Positions 1 through 13,199 of a stretch of 64,000 nt of DNA are shown one piece after another. The DNA comes from Geosiphon pyriformis uo1 (lineage: Eukaryota; Fungi; Glomeromycota): positions 1-64,000 of the forward strand of contig JAAOMT010000134.1 of assembly GCA_016748015.1 (NCBI GenBank), in the 5' to 3' direction. Both the position numbers and the translations under genes were made by a program. The notes beneath the pieces were generated by a model. The model searched no databases and had not been told where the DNA came from. It saw only the letters and a list, made by a program, of their open reading frames with translations. Each line of letters starts with the position of its first letter. Within the stretch, counting starts at the first letter, position 1.

Positions 1-3000
1 GCCAATCAAAGCAATACTATAAATCTATTTTGACAAAAATTATACAATCAACATCTAAAAAAAATCACACAATTTACACAAATCAAAATCAACACTATAT
101 ACTTTTACAATCCCAAGCAATTTAACAACACTATCTGAAAACAGAAATAATAGATCATAGATTATTGGAGACATAAAATTATCCTATACAATCAAACAAT
201 TTCTTTTTATAAAAGTTCTGTACTGTAATCTTACCAATTATACCTCAATATAATGAATTATTCTTAAGTCTTATACCAAATTAACAATTTTTCTGCCAGC
301 AATTTTAGAACAGCCAAAAACAAACACAGTCTTTAAATATTATTTCTTAATTATAAAATCTTTATATACAGCAATATATATAACATTATTAAATACACAT
401 AAGAAAAACATTTATAAAACATAAAATAATGACAAGTTCAAGCCTAATATAAAATTTTATTGACCTAAATGTTTATTAAATAGATCCTTACAAACAGCAG
501 AATCTATTCACATGTAAAAAAGTAATTAAAAAGTTTTACTTCCTTATAATAAAAACATAATATACTAGAATACTCTTTATTATATAGACACTTATGTACA
601 ATAATTAACAAATAATAATATAAAATCTTTATGAAATATGAACATAAACCAATAATAGCTTTATATATAAAACTAAAAGTTATATACAAGTCAGAATACC
701 AAACTAATAATGTTTAAGTCCAGTTCACATCTTTAATCATGTTTTTATTAATAGTATTAAATCTAAATTCAACTTTTCAATAAGCATGACAAATAGTTCT
801 AAAAACATTTTGAATAAAATAGTAAGTATTTCCAAAAACTGTTACTTTTTTAGCTTTAATATACTTCTCTTTAACACAAATAGAAAACACCAAATTTAAA
901 TGTAATGCTAAGTCAGCTAGCTTATTAATATACTTATTATTGAAGACATCTAAATGATTTTTTACTTTGAACCAAAAAACAACAAGTTTTTTATATTTGA
1001 TAAAATTTATAATACTGTATCTTTTAAGCCAGCAACAATTGCAAAAGTCTAAAAAGAGCATATTTAATTCTGCAACATAGGCATTTAAAGTGGTTTGGCT
1101 ATTTAAGTATATAATAACAATATTAAAAGCTAGAGCACACTTTAAGGCTAAAGCTATTGTCTATAACTCTACCAAAGTAAAGAAGACCAAACCACTAATC
1201 TTAACATCTATACTCAAATTCAGATTAGCAAAAAACACAACTGTACTGTACCTCAAGTTATGTATATTTAAATTTTTTAATAATTCATTAGTATAAATCT
1301 CTATAACATTCAACAAAACAACACTTTACTATTAAAAGATTACTGGAATTAAAAATATCCAAAAGCCATATATTACTATTGAATAAACAGTTAGCAAAAT
1401 ATAAGACAACTTTAACCAAATAATTACATATCAATTTAAATCAAACAGGAACCAGATCTTTAAAATTGAGTTTTTTTCAATAACAAAAGCTCTTTTAATT
1501 AAAAATTAACTTTTTTTTATTGTATAGTTATTTAACAAAAGCAATACCAAATCTTTTAAATAAGTAAAAAATATTATAAAACATTGAATTTTTTAAAACA
1601 GAAGACATTAAAGTGCCACCAAAAAATTGAAATACAGAAGACAAATTGTTCACAAAAGATATATTATAATCCAAAAAAATTTTTACTATACCAGCCAAAA
1701 AATTGTTAATCAGATTAATTTTCAACTTTACAGAACATTGCAAAGGATTAATAGGAAACCAACTTAATACTTGCAAATTCAGAGCTCTATAATTAAACAA
1801 GTAATTAAAAACACTATTAGCATTTGAAAAACTTAAAACAAAAGTTATTTTACTCTTTACTTGTATTTGTTTAAATGTTTTTAAGTTATATAATAACAAA
1901 TAATAAAGAGCTTTATTAAAAAAATCTTTTAACAAGTTAGTTTTTATTCTCAAATCTTTTTTGATTAGCATATTTTACTTGTTGTACATACTTCTAAAGA
2001 TAAAACTAAATTAAGTTTTATAACTAATAATAGATTGTAATACAGTTAAGACTAAATAAAAAAATTGTTTGTCCAAAATAGTTTTTTTTAGAATTATGTT
2101 AATAAAAAATCTAATATTCAAATAAGCTTTTATTAAACTTGGTTTAGATAAATCTTCTAAAGACAAAAAAATATCCAAATATCTATAAGACTCTTTTTTC
2201 TATGTAATAAAGATTGGCAGACTACTTATTAACAAAAAAACATTTCTAACTTTTTAATTAATAAAAATTACTATAGTTTTTTTATTGTTAATTAAGATGT
2301 TATTAATCTTGAAAAATTTACTTACAATATTTAAAATATATTAAATAGTAGTCTAACTTCTCCTTACTCAAATTATATTATTAACAAAAGCACTAGCCAT
2401 TAAGTAGAAAGTCAATTTAGATTAGTTTTTTATTTTGTCAATCTGGCAATAAAATTAGTATTAATATAATAACTCTACAAGTTTTTATGTTTTTTAACTT
2501 TATATAAAAGAGAGTTATAAAAAATTCTTCAAAATAAAAAAAAAAAAATTTTATTCTAATTTAGACTATTATGTACCTGGTATTCATTAATATGTTTATA
2601 ATTTGTTATAATCTAATTAATTCTATTATTATAGATACTACCAAAAAATTTAATAAATTGCTTACACATTTTTATCTTAATCAAACTATTTTTTAAGTAA
2701 TACCAACCAACAGAATTATAGGCTTTTCATATATTTTGCAAGACTAATCAAAGTTCATAATTCTTTTTCAATACTATTTTTATTACTAAGCCTATTATAA
2801 AAATAAAAAACTGAATAATAGTATCCTTAAATACAGAAAAACTGTTATTATAAAGAACATTAAATCTATTGCAAACTAATAAAATTCTATTTAAAAGTAA
2901 TTTTAAAAATTTTTTTCAAGTAGTTTCAATTAAAGCAATTGATTTGGTATTTGTTAAAACTTTTTTTTCATTTATAAGATTTAGAATCATTAATACTTAG

Positions 3001-4275
3001 ACCTCTTTTTAAGATTAAAGTATAGATTTATATACTAAACAAAAATTTAGAAGATTTAAGAGCATTACAAAAACAGAAGCATTGTAATGTTTTTAAAGTT
3101 TATTAGTAATATTAAACAAATCAGCAGCTTTTCTATTTGGCAAGTTTTTAATTATCTGCAATATATTATCATAAATAATAGTATTTATAATATTGAAGAA
3201 AACATTATTATTAACATAAGCTAATAGCAGATACTAATAACACTACATATTAGAAACATTGTTCAAAATCAACTTTTTTTATTCAACTCTCTATTATTAT
3301 ATTAATCTTAAATTTGACTTTATCAAAATTTAGAACCAATTTATTATTAACAACTAAATAGTTTAAAACTACCTTCTAAAATAAATGTTTCAATACACTT
3401 TTAATTGTATAACCCTTATTGACAGTAAAACTATTTATTTACTTGTTAGTAATAAACTTGATATTTAATTTTTTAGCTCTTAGTAATTTGGCAAGCTTAA
3501 AAGCATAATAGAATTTTCTTGTACTAGATAGAACAAACTTTACACAATTAAAATTAATACCAATTTTTAATAAAATTTAAAAACTTAAAGCCTTATCATT
3601 ATTCAAAACCATCCAGTAGCTTATCAAAAAAACTAACTTATTACTGGTTTTTATATATAAAGTCTTGACTATTTTTAACATTAAAACTTCTAACTTTTGA
3701 AATCTAAAAGATTTTTTAATATAAATATTATTAAAATTTTTGAATTATTTTTTTTTGAATGTTTTATTGGCCAATAAACTTATTATATTACAAATAACAA
3801 CTTATATTATATTTATATCTAAGAAACTTTTAGATATAACAAACTTATCAAAAAAAATTGCAGTATTAATTATCATAATATTCTTAAATCTGTCTTATTT
3901 TGTATTATTAGCACTTTTAAAATCAAACTTTCAACAGTTTTTGTTTGTTTGCTTACAAAAAAAGTTCAATTACACATCTAGCAAATCATCCAAACTCATA
4001 AAAACAGAAATGTTTAATAATTAGTGTTAAAGTGCTCCTCAAAATCCAAAACATTATAATCTATTATTACATTAATTAAATTTGAGAAAAAAAATATAAA
4101 TCAATTGTTTTTTTGGCACTTCTAGAATTTTTTTATGTTAAGAATTTTGCAACTAAGCTTCTCATTAAAGAATTAACCAGCCTTAAATCAAAGCATTTTT
4201 TAAAACTAACACACTTGTAAGAACTATTTTTATTGAAATTACCATCCAAAATTACAAATAAAATTTTATTTACAG
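1..4275 (-). mobile_element. LINE-a non-LTR retrotransposon, 3' part (ORF2 pseudogene: end of APE, RT, RNase H, C-terminal Zn finger); 3' UTR runs off left edge
   Basis: Fragments are collinear with better-preserved LINE-b, e.g. WFKVKNHLDVFNNKYINKLA (RNase H) and NLKTFKQIQVKSK. Positions 1-19 gccaatcaaagcaatacta match the ORF2-stop/3'UTR of LINE-b and LINE-c. Extremely A/T-shifted. Confidence 0.8.
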
Positions 4276-5265
4276 TGTTACCAGTAGAATTTTAGCTATT
4301 AATTAGCACGAAATTACTCTTATAATTCCTATTATCAATTAGCATATAGTATCATTATTTCGATTATCACTTATTATTTAATCAAATTATCAAATATTAT
4401 TACTCAATTAATAATCCAATTTGTACTCTAGAAATTAAGATGATCAAATTACACAATACTCTGAACTATTTAATATAGTTAAAATTCGCCGAAATTAATG
4501 AAAATTTGCCGAAATTAATGAAAATTGGCCAAAATAATCAAATAGTTCAGTAAAATAACTTGTAGTTTGCTGAAATGTATCTTTAATTCACCCAAATTGT
4601 AGCAAAAAGAAAAATACAAGTTCAAAGACTAGTACTACAACAAGTTGTATAAAAGAAGAGCTTCTCTTTTCAAAAAAATGTATCTTTTTATAGTATCTTA
4701 CTATAACATCCTACCTTAGATATCTTAATTGAAACAAATCACCTTTTATACATTCAAATAAAAATTAAATATTTGAAAAACAAATCCTTAAAATTATTAC
4801 ACTTGAAATTCTCTCAACACAACTAACGTTTTGAAATTGATTAGCTACCAATTTCAATAAACTGTTAGTGACTCCAGGCCTGAATAGAAAACATTTCTCT
4901 TAATAAAATTCTATTTCTTTTATATTTTTTTTATTTTTTTTTTATTTTTTTATTATAATTATTAGGGTAGCCTACAGACGAGATTCCTGTAGAAGAGTTG
5001 ACTTTTACAGCAAAGTAACTACACATTTTTAGTAAGCTTTCAGATGAGCAATTCTTGGAAAAGAATTAATGTTTACTACAATGTAACTATATAAAGTAAC
5101 TGGCAAGGAATTGGCCATTCCATTTATAAGCCCAGCAGTTCAAATTATAGGAGATAATTTGAAGATAAAAGTTATTGGAGGTCCAACTACTTTCTGAAAA
5201 TGTGAATTTACAGCAAATCAACATTAATAACATTTAAGAAAAGAAACCAAAAACCTCTGGTAACA
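4276..5265 (+). repeat. 5' LTR of A
   Basis: Direct repeat of 33155-34113 with TG...CA inverted termini, followed by TTTGGTGCTCTC. Confidence 0.95.
4648..4654 (+). promoter_or_regulatory. Candidate LTR TATA box (TATAAAA), conserved in all family-A LTRs
   Basis: gttgTATAAAAgaa lies downstream of U3 tandem repeats in the A, B and G LTRs. Confidence 0.5.
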
Positions 5266-5267
5266 TT

Positions 5268-5278
5268 TGGTGCTCTCT
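5268..5278 (+). promoter_or_regulatory. Primer-binding site of A (TGGTGCTCTC, probably elongator tRNA-Met)
   Basis: TGG starts 2 nt after the LTR end. The same core occurs in B, C, D, E and G. Confidence 0.8.
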
Positions 5279-5310
5279 CATGGAAATAACACAACAACAA
5301 CAAATTCAAA

Positions 5311-6099
5311 GTGGTGATTACACCAGACACAACAACTCTAGAGTATTATCAGTCAATCTATACATACTGCAAGCAAAGATTTAACATCTAAGACGAAATT
5401 GAAATTTTCAAGAAATCACTATACTAATACATTGAAAATTGCATCAACAACTATCTTTTTGGAAACTACAATATTTCAGAAGTCAGAAACAACCTCTACA
5501 ATAATTTAGTACACTATTCACAATTGGAAACAGAAGATTTAAACAGTGAAACACTTGCTACCTACTTCCAAGAACTTAATTTTAACATTATTGAGTATTG
5601 TGAAAAAAAATACCCAGTACAGCCCAAATACTCTCTTGACTTTGAATCAAAAACAGAAACAAGCAACAAAGACAAACAAAAAGTAAAACAATATTTAAGA
5701 ACGATTCCAAATACTCCAATACTACCAAAAACAACTGCCAAACACTTGCAAACACCTGAACAAGGAACCAGTATCAAAATACTACTTTCTATTATACCAT
5801 TTCTAATTTCACTTATTCGACCATAAACACCAAATTCACCACTCAACCATTTCTCCAGACCAAAAGATTTTCAGTCACCTAAAAATCCTATTCAATAGCA
5901 GGAACCAATATCAACCAGCACCAATATTATTGATTACCTACAAGAAAACAAAAGTAATTATTCAGAGAACTTGGAAAGTGAAGAAACTGAGTCAGAACAA
6001 AAAAAAACTACAGAAAATGAAGAAAAAATGGCAACTGCTTACATTGCGAAGATACTAGAATTCACTAGTAAAGACAATGATACCAGTCCTCAAGAATGG
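5311..6099 (+). pseudogene. gag: A ORF1 N-terminal extension and start of Gag capsid (continues at 26038)
   Basis: Collinear with the G ORF at 60757. SPQEW|LDKVQKAGDAN is rejoined across the B insertion. Confidence 0.85.
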
Positions 6100-7060
6100 T
6101 GTTACCAGAAGTTTTTGGTCTCTTCTTGTATGTTTGTTGTAATGCTGTTAATTCACAGCTATGGGAAGTGTTTGAACCTCTGATACTGAATTTTATCTTC
6201 AAATTATCTCCTATAATTTGAACCGCTGGGCTTATAAGTGGAATGGCCAATTCTGTGCCAGTTACTTGTGTAGTTACATTATAGTAAACATCAACTTTTT
6301 CCCAGGAATTGCTCGTCTGGAAGCTCACTAAAAATGTGTAGTTACTTTGCTGTGAAAGTCAACTCTTCTACAGGAATCTTGTCTATAGACTACCCTAATG
6401 ATTGTAAAAAGAAAAGAAAAGAAAAATAAAAAAAATATAAAAGAAATAGGATTTTATTAAGGGAAACGTTTTCTATCTAGGCCTGGAATCACTAACAGTT
6501 TACTGAAATTGGTAGCTAATCAATTTTGAAATGTTAGTTGGGTTTTGGAGATTTTTCAAGTACAATAATTAAAAAAATTTGGTTTTTCGAATTATTTGAT
6601 ATTTTTTTTTTTGTGTGTATAGGAATGGTTTTAAGAGATAAATCTAAAGTAAGATACATTTTCTCAAAGAGAGAAGCTCTTCTTTTATACAACTTGTTGT
6701 AACACTATTCTATAAACTTGAACTTTGCTATTTTCTATAATTTTGCTGAACTAAAGATACATTTTGGTAAACTACAAGTTATTTCTGTGAGCTATTAGAT
6801 ATTTTGGTAAACTATCAATTATTTCGGCAAATTCCTACAAATTTTGGCAAACTTTTTGAATGTTACATAGTTTGGGGTATTGTATGATTGATCATTGTAA
6901 TTAGGTTATATTTGTGTTATGTACAAATTGAGTTATTAATTAAATGATAATTTTGGATATTTTGCTAATGTAATAAGTGATAATTTGAAATGCAAATTAA
7001 TAATAAAAATTATAAAGGTAATTTCATGCTAAGCAATATCTCTAATTTTGTCTGGTAACA
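6100..7060 (-). repeat. 3' LTR of B
   Basis: Matches the split 5' LTR. Preceded on the minus strand by PPT aaggaggaggtta. Confidence 0.95.
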
Positions 7061-7706
7061 TAACCTCCTCCTTAAGACTGAGCTCCATTAAAGTCCAAGT
7101 ACTGTCTGTAATTTCCAGATAGTAATCCAAGATTATTGAAGAAATTTGGTCTGAAAATTTTTGAAATTCCAGTTCTGTAAGCTTTCTAATATATTGAATC
7201 TTCAAGGATTGTAAAATTGGGTTTTGTAGGATGTTTTCACAGGTATGAAATAGGTCATAAAGTCTAAGAGCAGCTCTTAGTTTATAATAACTGTTTGTAG
7301 GTTCAGCTGTTGTCTTGAATTTGTTATAGAGTTGTTTCCAAATAGCTTCTTTTGTGAGATTTGCTGCTGTAAGCTCCCATTTTTGTTCGTGAAGTGTTTT
7401 TCCAATGTAGAAATATCTATATATTGGAGTATAGTCATAGTTTTCTTCATTAAAACACAGTTGAAGTTTTTGTTGAATAGTAGCATTTGGTGGAATACTA
7501 ATAGGAGTGAGCATTAAGTTTTCTCTTAAAGCAAGCTTTAAAAGTTTTGGCAGGTGAATTCCAGAATAACTTCTTGTATTCTTCTTATATGAGTGATATT
7601 TTCATGAATTTGGGACTAAATTTGTAATTACTTCTGTTTGGGTATAATTAATGTGGTTTCCAGTAACAGTAATAGATAATTCGGGTATTGTTTTTAAAGC
7701 TAACAT
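7029..7706 (-). pseudogene. B ORF3, ~220-aa protein of unknown function downstream of integrase
   Basis: ATG MLALKTIPELSIT at 7706. Homologous to A 32509-33174 and C 16041-16700. Confidence 0.75.
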
Positions 7707-7868
7707 TAGTTTTTGGGATAATTGTTGAATGTTTTAAGGAATAGTCATTATAAGAGATTTGAAAATAAAAGAAAATTATTTTTTGGTGTATGGGTTTTTA
7801 TATTATTTTTGCTTTGTTTTTGTGAGATTGTTTCTAAATTATAAGGAGATAATTATAATAAATTTAAG

Positions 7869-9251
7869 TTAAGTGTTCAAGTTGGGAGGTTGTTTAATAA
7901 CAATGATTGGTTTTAAATTTCGAAGAATATTTTTGGGATTGATTAAAGAAGAATGACCAATTTGTAAAATTAATGGTTCAGAATTGTTTTTGGAATTATA
8001 GTGTTTCAAACAATCTCCATGTGCAACTTTTGCTAGGATTTTGTCATCAAGTCTTAGCTTGTATGATCCATTGCCTAGAACTTTATGAATAAAGAATGGT
8101 CCATCCCATTTATTTTCAAATTTCCCACTCCATTGTTTTTTAGCTTTAGTTCTGTGTAAGAGAACTTTGTTTCCAATTTTAAATTTATTGGTGACTGGTG
8201 GCAATTTGTTGTCATGCCATTCTTTTTGTTAAGCTTGGAAGTATTCAATATGGGTGGCTGCTATTCATCATTTTCCTTCTAGTGTGCTAAGCAGAGTGTA
8301 GGCTCTTCATTGAAATGTTTTCTGGAAATTGTTTTTATTGATTGGTTGTGCTGGGTATGTTTCTACTGTGAAATTAATTGATAATGTTGCTGTCCTTCTG
8401 TAAGTTAAATCAAATGGTGTGTGTTTTGTGGTATCTTGTTTTAGTGTCCTATATGCTAGTAACACTGATGGAATAAAAATATCTCATTCTTGCTCAAAAT
8501 CAGTTGAGACTTTGGCTAATAATTCACACAGTGTCCTATTAAAACGTTTCACAAGCCCATTTGTTTATGGATGGTAGGGCGAAGATAATAGTCTCTTAAC
8601 ATTAAATCATTCACAAATTTCCTGGATTAAATTGTTCACAAAATGTGTTCCTTGATCAGATAAAAGTTCTATTGAGCATCCATGTCTACAAATGATGTTT
8701 TCGTAGATAAAGTTTGCTACTAATTTTGCATCTGCTCGTTGAATGGCTTTGGCTTTAGACCATTTGGTGAGATAGTCTACAGCTACTGCAATATAATGGT
8801 TTCCTTGATTTGTGATAGGTAGTGGTCCAACTAAATTGATACCAACTTGGTCAAAAGGCTGTCCAACTTTGATTGGATTTAAAGATTCTGTAGGGCGTGT
8901 TCCTCCTCTTCTTTGACAACTATCACAAGAGTCAACATATTAATGTATGTCTCTTCTTATTTGGGGCCAAAAGTAGTGTTTTAATGTTCTTTGGGTGGTA
9001 TTATCTTTTTCTAAATGTGCTGATGAAGGATCTGAGTGCATGTTGTATAAGATAGTTTCTTTTTCATGTTCTTGTATTAATTAGAGTGATTTGTTTGGAT
9101 TTCTGGAGTTTTGATAATAAATGATGTTGTTGTGTAGGAAGTATTGTTTGGCTTGTTGTTGTAACCAATGTTTTTCATTTGGGGACCAATCTGTTGGGAT
9201 TGTTAATGTCTCCAAATATTGTTTAAGATTGTTGTAGTTTTCGGGGTTCAT
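7869..9251 (-). pseudogene. B integrase (separate ORF: HHCC, DDE core, GPF/SH3-like C-terminus)
   Basis: Starts MNPENYNN. Contains H..H..CDSC, IDLVGPL, SDQGTHF, GLVKRFN and WDGPFFIHKVLGNGSYKL. 461 codons with internal stops. Confidence 0.88.
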
Positions 9252-9300
9252 TGTTTGTCGTTTTGTTGCTGTTATTTCAAATGGGTGTTGGTTTTGTGTT

Positions 9301-10560
9301 CTAATCTTGTCTCATTCTTGAGAGACAATCAATGTTGGTGTGGAGTTTTCCTGGTTTATGGTGTACAATATATCAGTAGTTGGCTAAAAATCCTGTCCAT
9401 TGGGTTTGTTTGATGTTCAGCTGAGTGTTTTTGTTCTGAAGCCATTTGAGTCCAATATTATCAGTGATAATATTAAATTCCTTTGGCCAGAGATAAAGAT
9501 TGAAATGATGTAGGGCCCAAATTACAGCTGCTGTTTCCAATTCAGTGGCAGGGTAATTTTTTTCAGCTGGTTTTAATGTTCTGCTGGCATAAGCAATTAC
9601 TCACTCATTTCCTTGGTTATTTAATTGTGACAAAATGGCACCAAAAGCAGTATAAGAAGCATTAGTGGCTAGTCAAAACCGGTTATTGAAGTCTGGGTAG
9701 GCAAGAATTGGAGCTGTTGTCAGCTTTTCTTTGAGAATTTTAAAAGCTTTTTGGTGTTCGGTAGTCCATTTGTATTCAACATTTTTGGTGGTGAGCTGGT
9801 TGAAGGGTTTTGCAATTTTCGAGAATCCTTTAATAAACTTCCGATAGTAGAATGCTAATCCGATAAATCCTCTTAGTTCTGTGGTATTTCGAGGAGTTTT
9901 GAAATTTTTGACAGTGCTGATTTTTCTGGGATCAGGTTTAATTCTATCTTTGCTAACAATGTGACCAAAAAAAGCCAAACTTGTTTTTCCGAAGTAGCAT
10001 TTTTTGATGTTCAGTTTCAATCCTGCTTTCCGTAATCATTGAAAAACTTCTCGCAGGTGTTTTAAGTGTAGTTTAAAAGATGGTGAATAAACATCAGTAT
10101 CATTGAGATAGACAACTACTGATTTCCAAAGAAGGCCTTTGTAAACAACATCCATGAGTCTTTGGTGTATTGCATAATCTGAAAGGCATTATGTTGAACT
10201 CATAGTTTTTTTTTTGAATGGTAAATGCTGTTTTGGGGTGATCTTTGGGATCTATGACAACTTGCCAGTATTCACTCTCTAAATCTAATGTCAAGAAGTA
10301 TTTGGACTTCCCAAGGGCATCTAACATGTTATTGATTCAGAAAAGAGAGTAGGCATCTCTAATGGTGATGCTGTTAAGTTGTCGATAATCAACACAAAAT
10401 CGTATTTTTCCATTTTTCTTTTTAACTAGGACCACAGGTGAAGCCCATGGACTCATTGATGGTTGAATAAGCCCATTGTTAAGCATTCATTGCACTTCTT
10501 CTTGGATAAATTAATGACTTTCTGGAGCAACTCAGTAGGCTTGTTGTCGCCTTGGTTTGG
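9301..10560 (-). pseudogene. pol: B reverse transcriptase and RNase H
   Basis: [23 protein letters not shown], mutated YLDD, LRGFIGLA.YYRKFI, TNAS, ELETAA. Ends SRMRQD*. Confidence 0.9.
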
Positions 10561-11129
10561 CATCTCCTGTGTAGATTTGGTGTTGAACCAAATTGGTTCT
10601 TCTTAAGTCATTGTTGTTTTCAGCAAAAATATCGGCAAATTCTGCAATTAGTTCTTTGAGCTGGTTCTGTTGTTGTGGTTCAAGTTGTTCTATGTTAATT
10701 CAAGATAGTTTTTCTATGACAACATGGTAGTTTTCAGAGCTGGGGTTTGGGTTGATTTTTGGTAGTGAATGTCCAATAATTTCAGAGAAATCGGAAACTG
10801 TTTGGGGTAATTCTGATTAAAAGATATTACTGTAAATAACTCCAATTTCTAAGTTATTTAATAAAACTATAGGGAAATTGTTGGGATTGTAAAAATTAAC
10901 TCAGATTTTCTTTGTTTTTTTTGGAATATAAATGTTTGGAATCGAGATATTATGTTCCAAGCAGATTTGTTCATTGGACTCAAAAATTTGTTGTGTGGTT
11001 GTTGGCTTTTCACAAGTGTAAATTTCAGGGTGTTCTCCAAAGAGTGAAATGGTAATTGGTTGTGGAAGTCATAAAATCTGGTGAGATTTTTTCTGTTTGT
11101 TGAGAGCTATGTTTACTGAAACTGTGAAT

Positions 11130-11560
11130 CGTTCAGTTAAACCAAAACTTTGGGTTCCTCTTTTGCTTTTTTCCAATAGTTCTCTTTGATTGACTAATTG
11201 TAAACCTGAAATGTTGATTAAGAGTAAATAAATGGCTTGGGCAATTTTCTCGGCATGTTCAATCTTAAATGGCTTGTTAATTTCATTTTGGAGTATTACT
11301 GTTATGTCACCAGTATATCCAGCATCGATTATTCCTCCTCTGACATTGATTCCTTTGCTTGCCAGAGAGAACCGGGAGGCAATTTGAATCATTGCTCTTG
11401 GTGGAATTTCGAGAGCAATTTTGAGGTTGATTTTTGTAAAAGATTTGGATTTGAGAACAAGAGTATCCTTGTCTGGATATCTTAGGTCATATCCAGCATC
11501 AATTTCGTGTGCTTTTTCAGGTTTTATTTCTTGTCTGTTGTTGTTGAAGTATTTGAGTTG
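11130..11560 (-). pseudogene. dut: B dUTPase domain within ORF1 polyprotein
   Basis: Motifs AGYDL, ASR(F)SLA, GIIDAGYTG, KIAQAI and RGTQSFG. Confidence 0.9.
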
Positions 11561-11669
11561 TAAGACAGACTGATTTTTGATAAGATAGATGGGTGTTGTT
11601 TCAATTTCTTCTGTTGCTTCCAGTTCTCCAAATTCAATTTTGTTCTCATCACTTTCACTGGGCAAGAGG

Positions 11670-12310
11670 ATACTAAGAGCATAGCATTCAGGACACCACT
11701 GTTCATCACAAGGCATAATGCATTCTTCACATAGCCTAATGTTCATTTGCTCTAATCATTGAATTTAAGCTTCTTGGATTGGGTAGATGTGACTTGCAAT
11801 TTGGTGGTAGACTTCTACTTTATCTTTATAATCAAATCCAGCTAATTCCATGGTGTATTCAATGTATTCTGCTTCCTTTATTTGATGGACATCTTCTTTG
11901 GTAGCTCCATTAATTAATGCCATTGCTAGGTCAAAAATCATCTCAGCATCATGGAAGTAGTGATAAAGTTTGTTGAGAGCACTGTTGTATGCCGCATTAA
12001 AGGGTGTTTCTCTTTTTACTTTTTCTGAAATTAATAAAGCATATTGGCAGGTCTGATTGCAGACTCCTCCTCTTATTGCTATGTTAATTCAATTGCATTC
12101 TTCCGGTAGCATATCTCCACAAGTCAAACAAGAGGTGTTGTCCCATTTTCCGCTTCTTTTTATTAGATGACCCCATTGTTCTTTGTGGCAAGCCTTGCAG
12201 TAATAACAAGTATGATTTTCATATTCTTCTTTAGGTGAAATGCAGGCTCCCATTGATGAGAGTTTCTTGTGGCAATCTTTGCATTTGAGTGGAATGTAAG
12301 GGCATTGTTT
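11670..12310 (-). pseudogene. B Cys-rich (multi-CxxC) domain between protease and dUTPase
   Basis: CKDC...CYYCKAC...CLTC...VCNQTC...CEECIMPCDEQWCPEC, in frame with PR and dUTPase. Confidence 0.7.
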
Positions 12311-12529
12311 TCATGGTTCTGGTTTTGAATAAGAAATATTCCATCCAGTTGTCACTGGTTTTTTTGTTTCAAAAGAATCATTTGTTGAAAAGTATTGTTG
12401 TTCAGTTTCATCAGCCCAATTGGAGATTGATCCAAGTGCCATAAATGTTTCAATGATGGGTTTTTCTTCTGGTTCGAATTCAAAAGCTGGGGCTTTTCCA
12501 GAGCATTTGTTGAATGTACCACAAGTAGC

Positions 12530-12890
12530 AGGTACTTGGGCATGTTGTTCTTGATAGGAGAGTTGTAATTCTTGGGTTTTCCAGTCTAATTTTGCATTGG
12601 CTTTTTGAAACCAATCATTTCCGATAAGGGCTTGATACTGGGATGCGTCCATTACAAGAACTTTAACTAGAATAGTAATTTCATTTAGAGTAAATGGAAA
12701 ATTGTCAATTTCTCCTACTGGAGTCTTTTTCATGCCATCAGCAGTAACGATTACTGTCTGAGCTGGTCGATCAACATTTCTCTTTAACTGTTGCATCAAT
12801 TGGTAGGTAATGATGCTTCCGGCAGATCCACTGTTTAGGATCAAGTGAATTGTCTTTCCTTCAACTTCTGCTTCAGTGTACATAGCAGTG
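12530..12890 (-). pseudogene. B aspartic protease
   Basis: LIL(D>N)SGSAGSII and ALIGNDWF. Confidence 0.88.
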
Positions 12891-13199
12891 ATTGCTTTTT
12901 GTTTATTGGCGGCTGCATTGATAAGCAGGAATGATGACTTATTTGCTTTGAACTCAAAAGGGAATATATCTGAAAGGTTGGCATTTTTAGCAATTCTGGC
13001 TGGTGGGATTGTGGTAGGAGTATAAGAAGAGTTTTGTTGTCATGCTGCAGCTCTACCTTCCGAAAGTGCAGTATAGTGAAAATCTTGTTTTTCAGGTATT
13101 ATAAGATAGCTAGATTGAGTATGATAATGAGAAGGTTTTGGTTGAGCTGGATTTCAGAGAACTAATTGGTTATTTGGGTTGATTCTGTTGTTGTTTATT

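Noticed and set aside
4900-4965. ENE triple-helix element in the LTR U tract
   Set aside because: No inner helix closes a U-rich internal loop.
4970-5070. Hammerhead, hairpin, HDV or twister ribozyme (CAGACGAG...GAAA)
   Set aside because: Core nucleotides and stem topology do not match the canonical classes. Kept only as an unclassified structure.
7869-8100. Chromodomain or env at the 3' end
   Set aside because: Integrase ends after the GPF/SH3-like module with a short PIIVI tail. No chromodomain motif or TM segment is seen.
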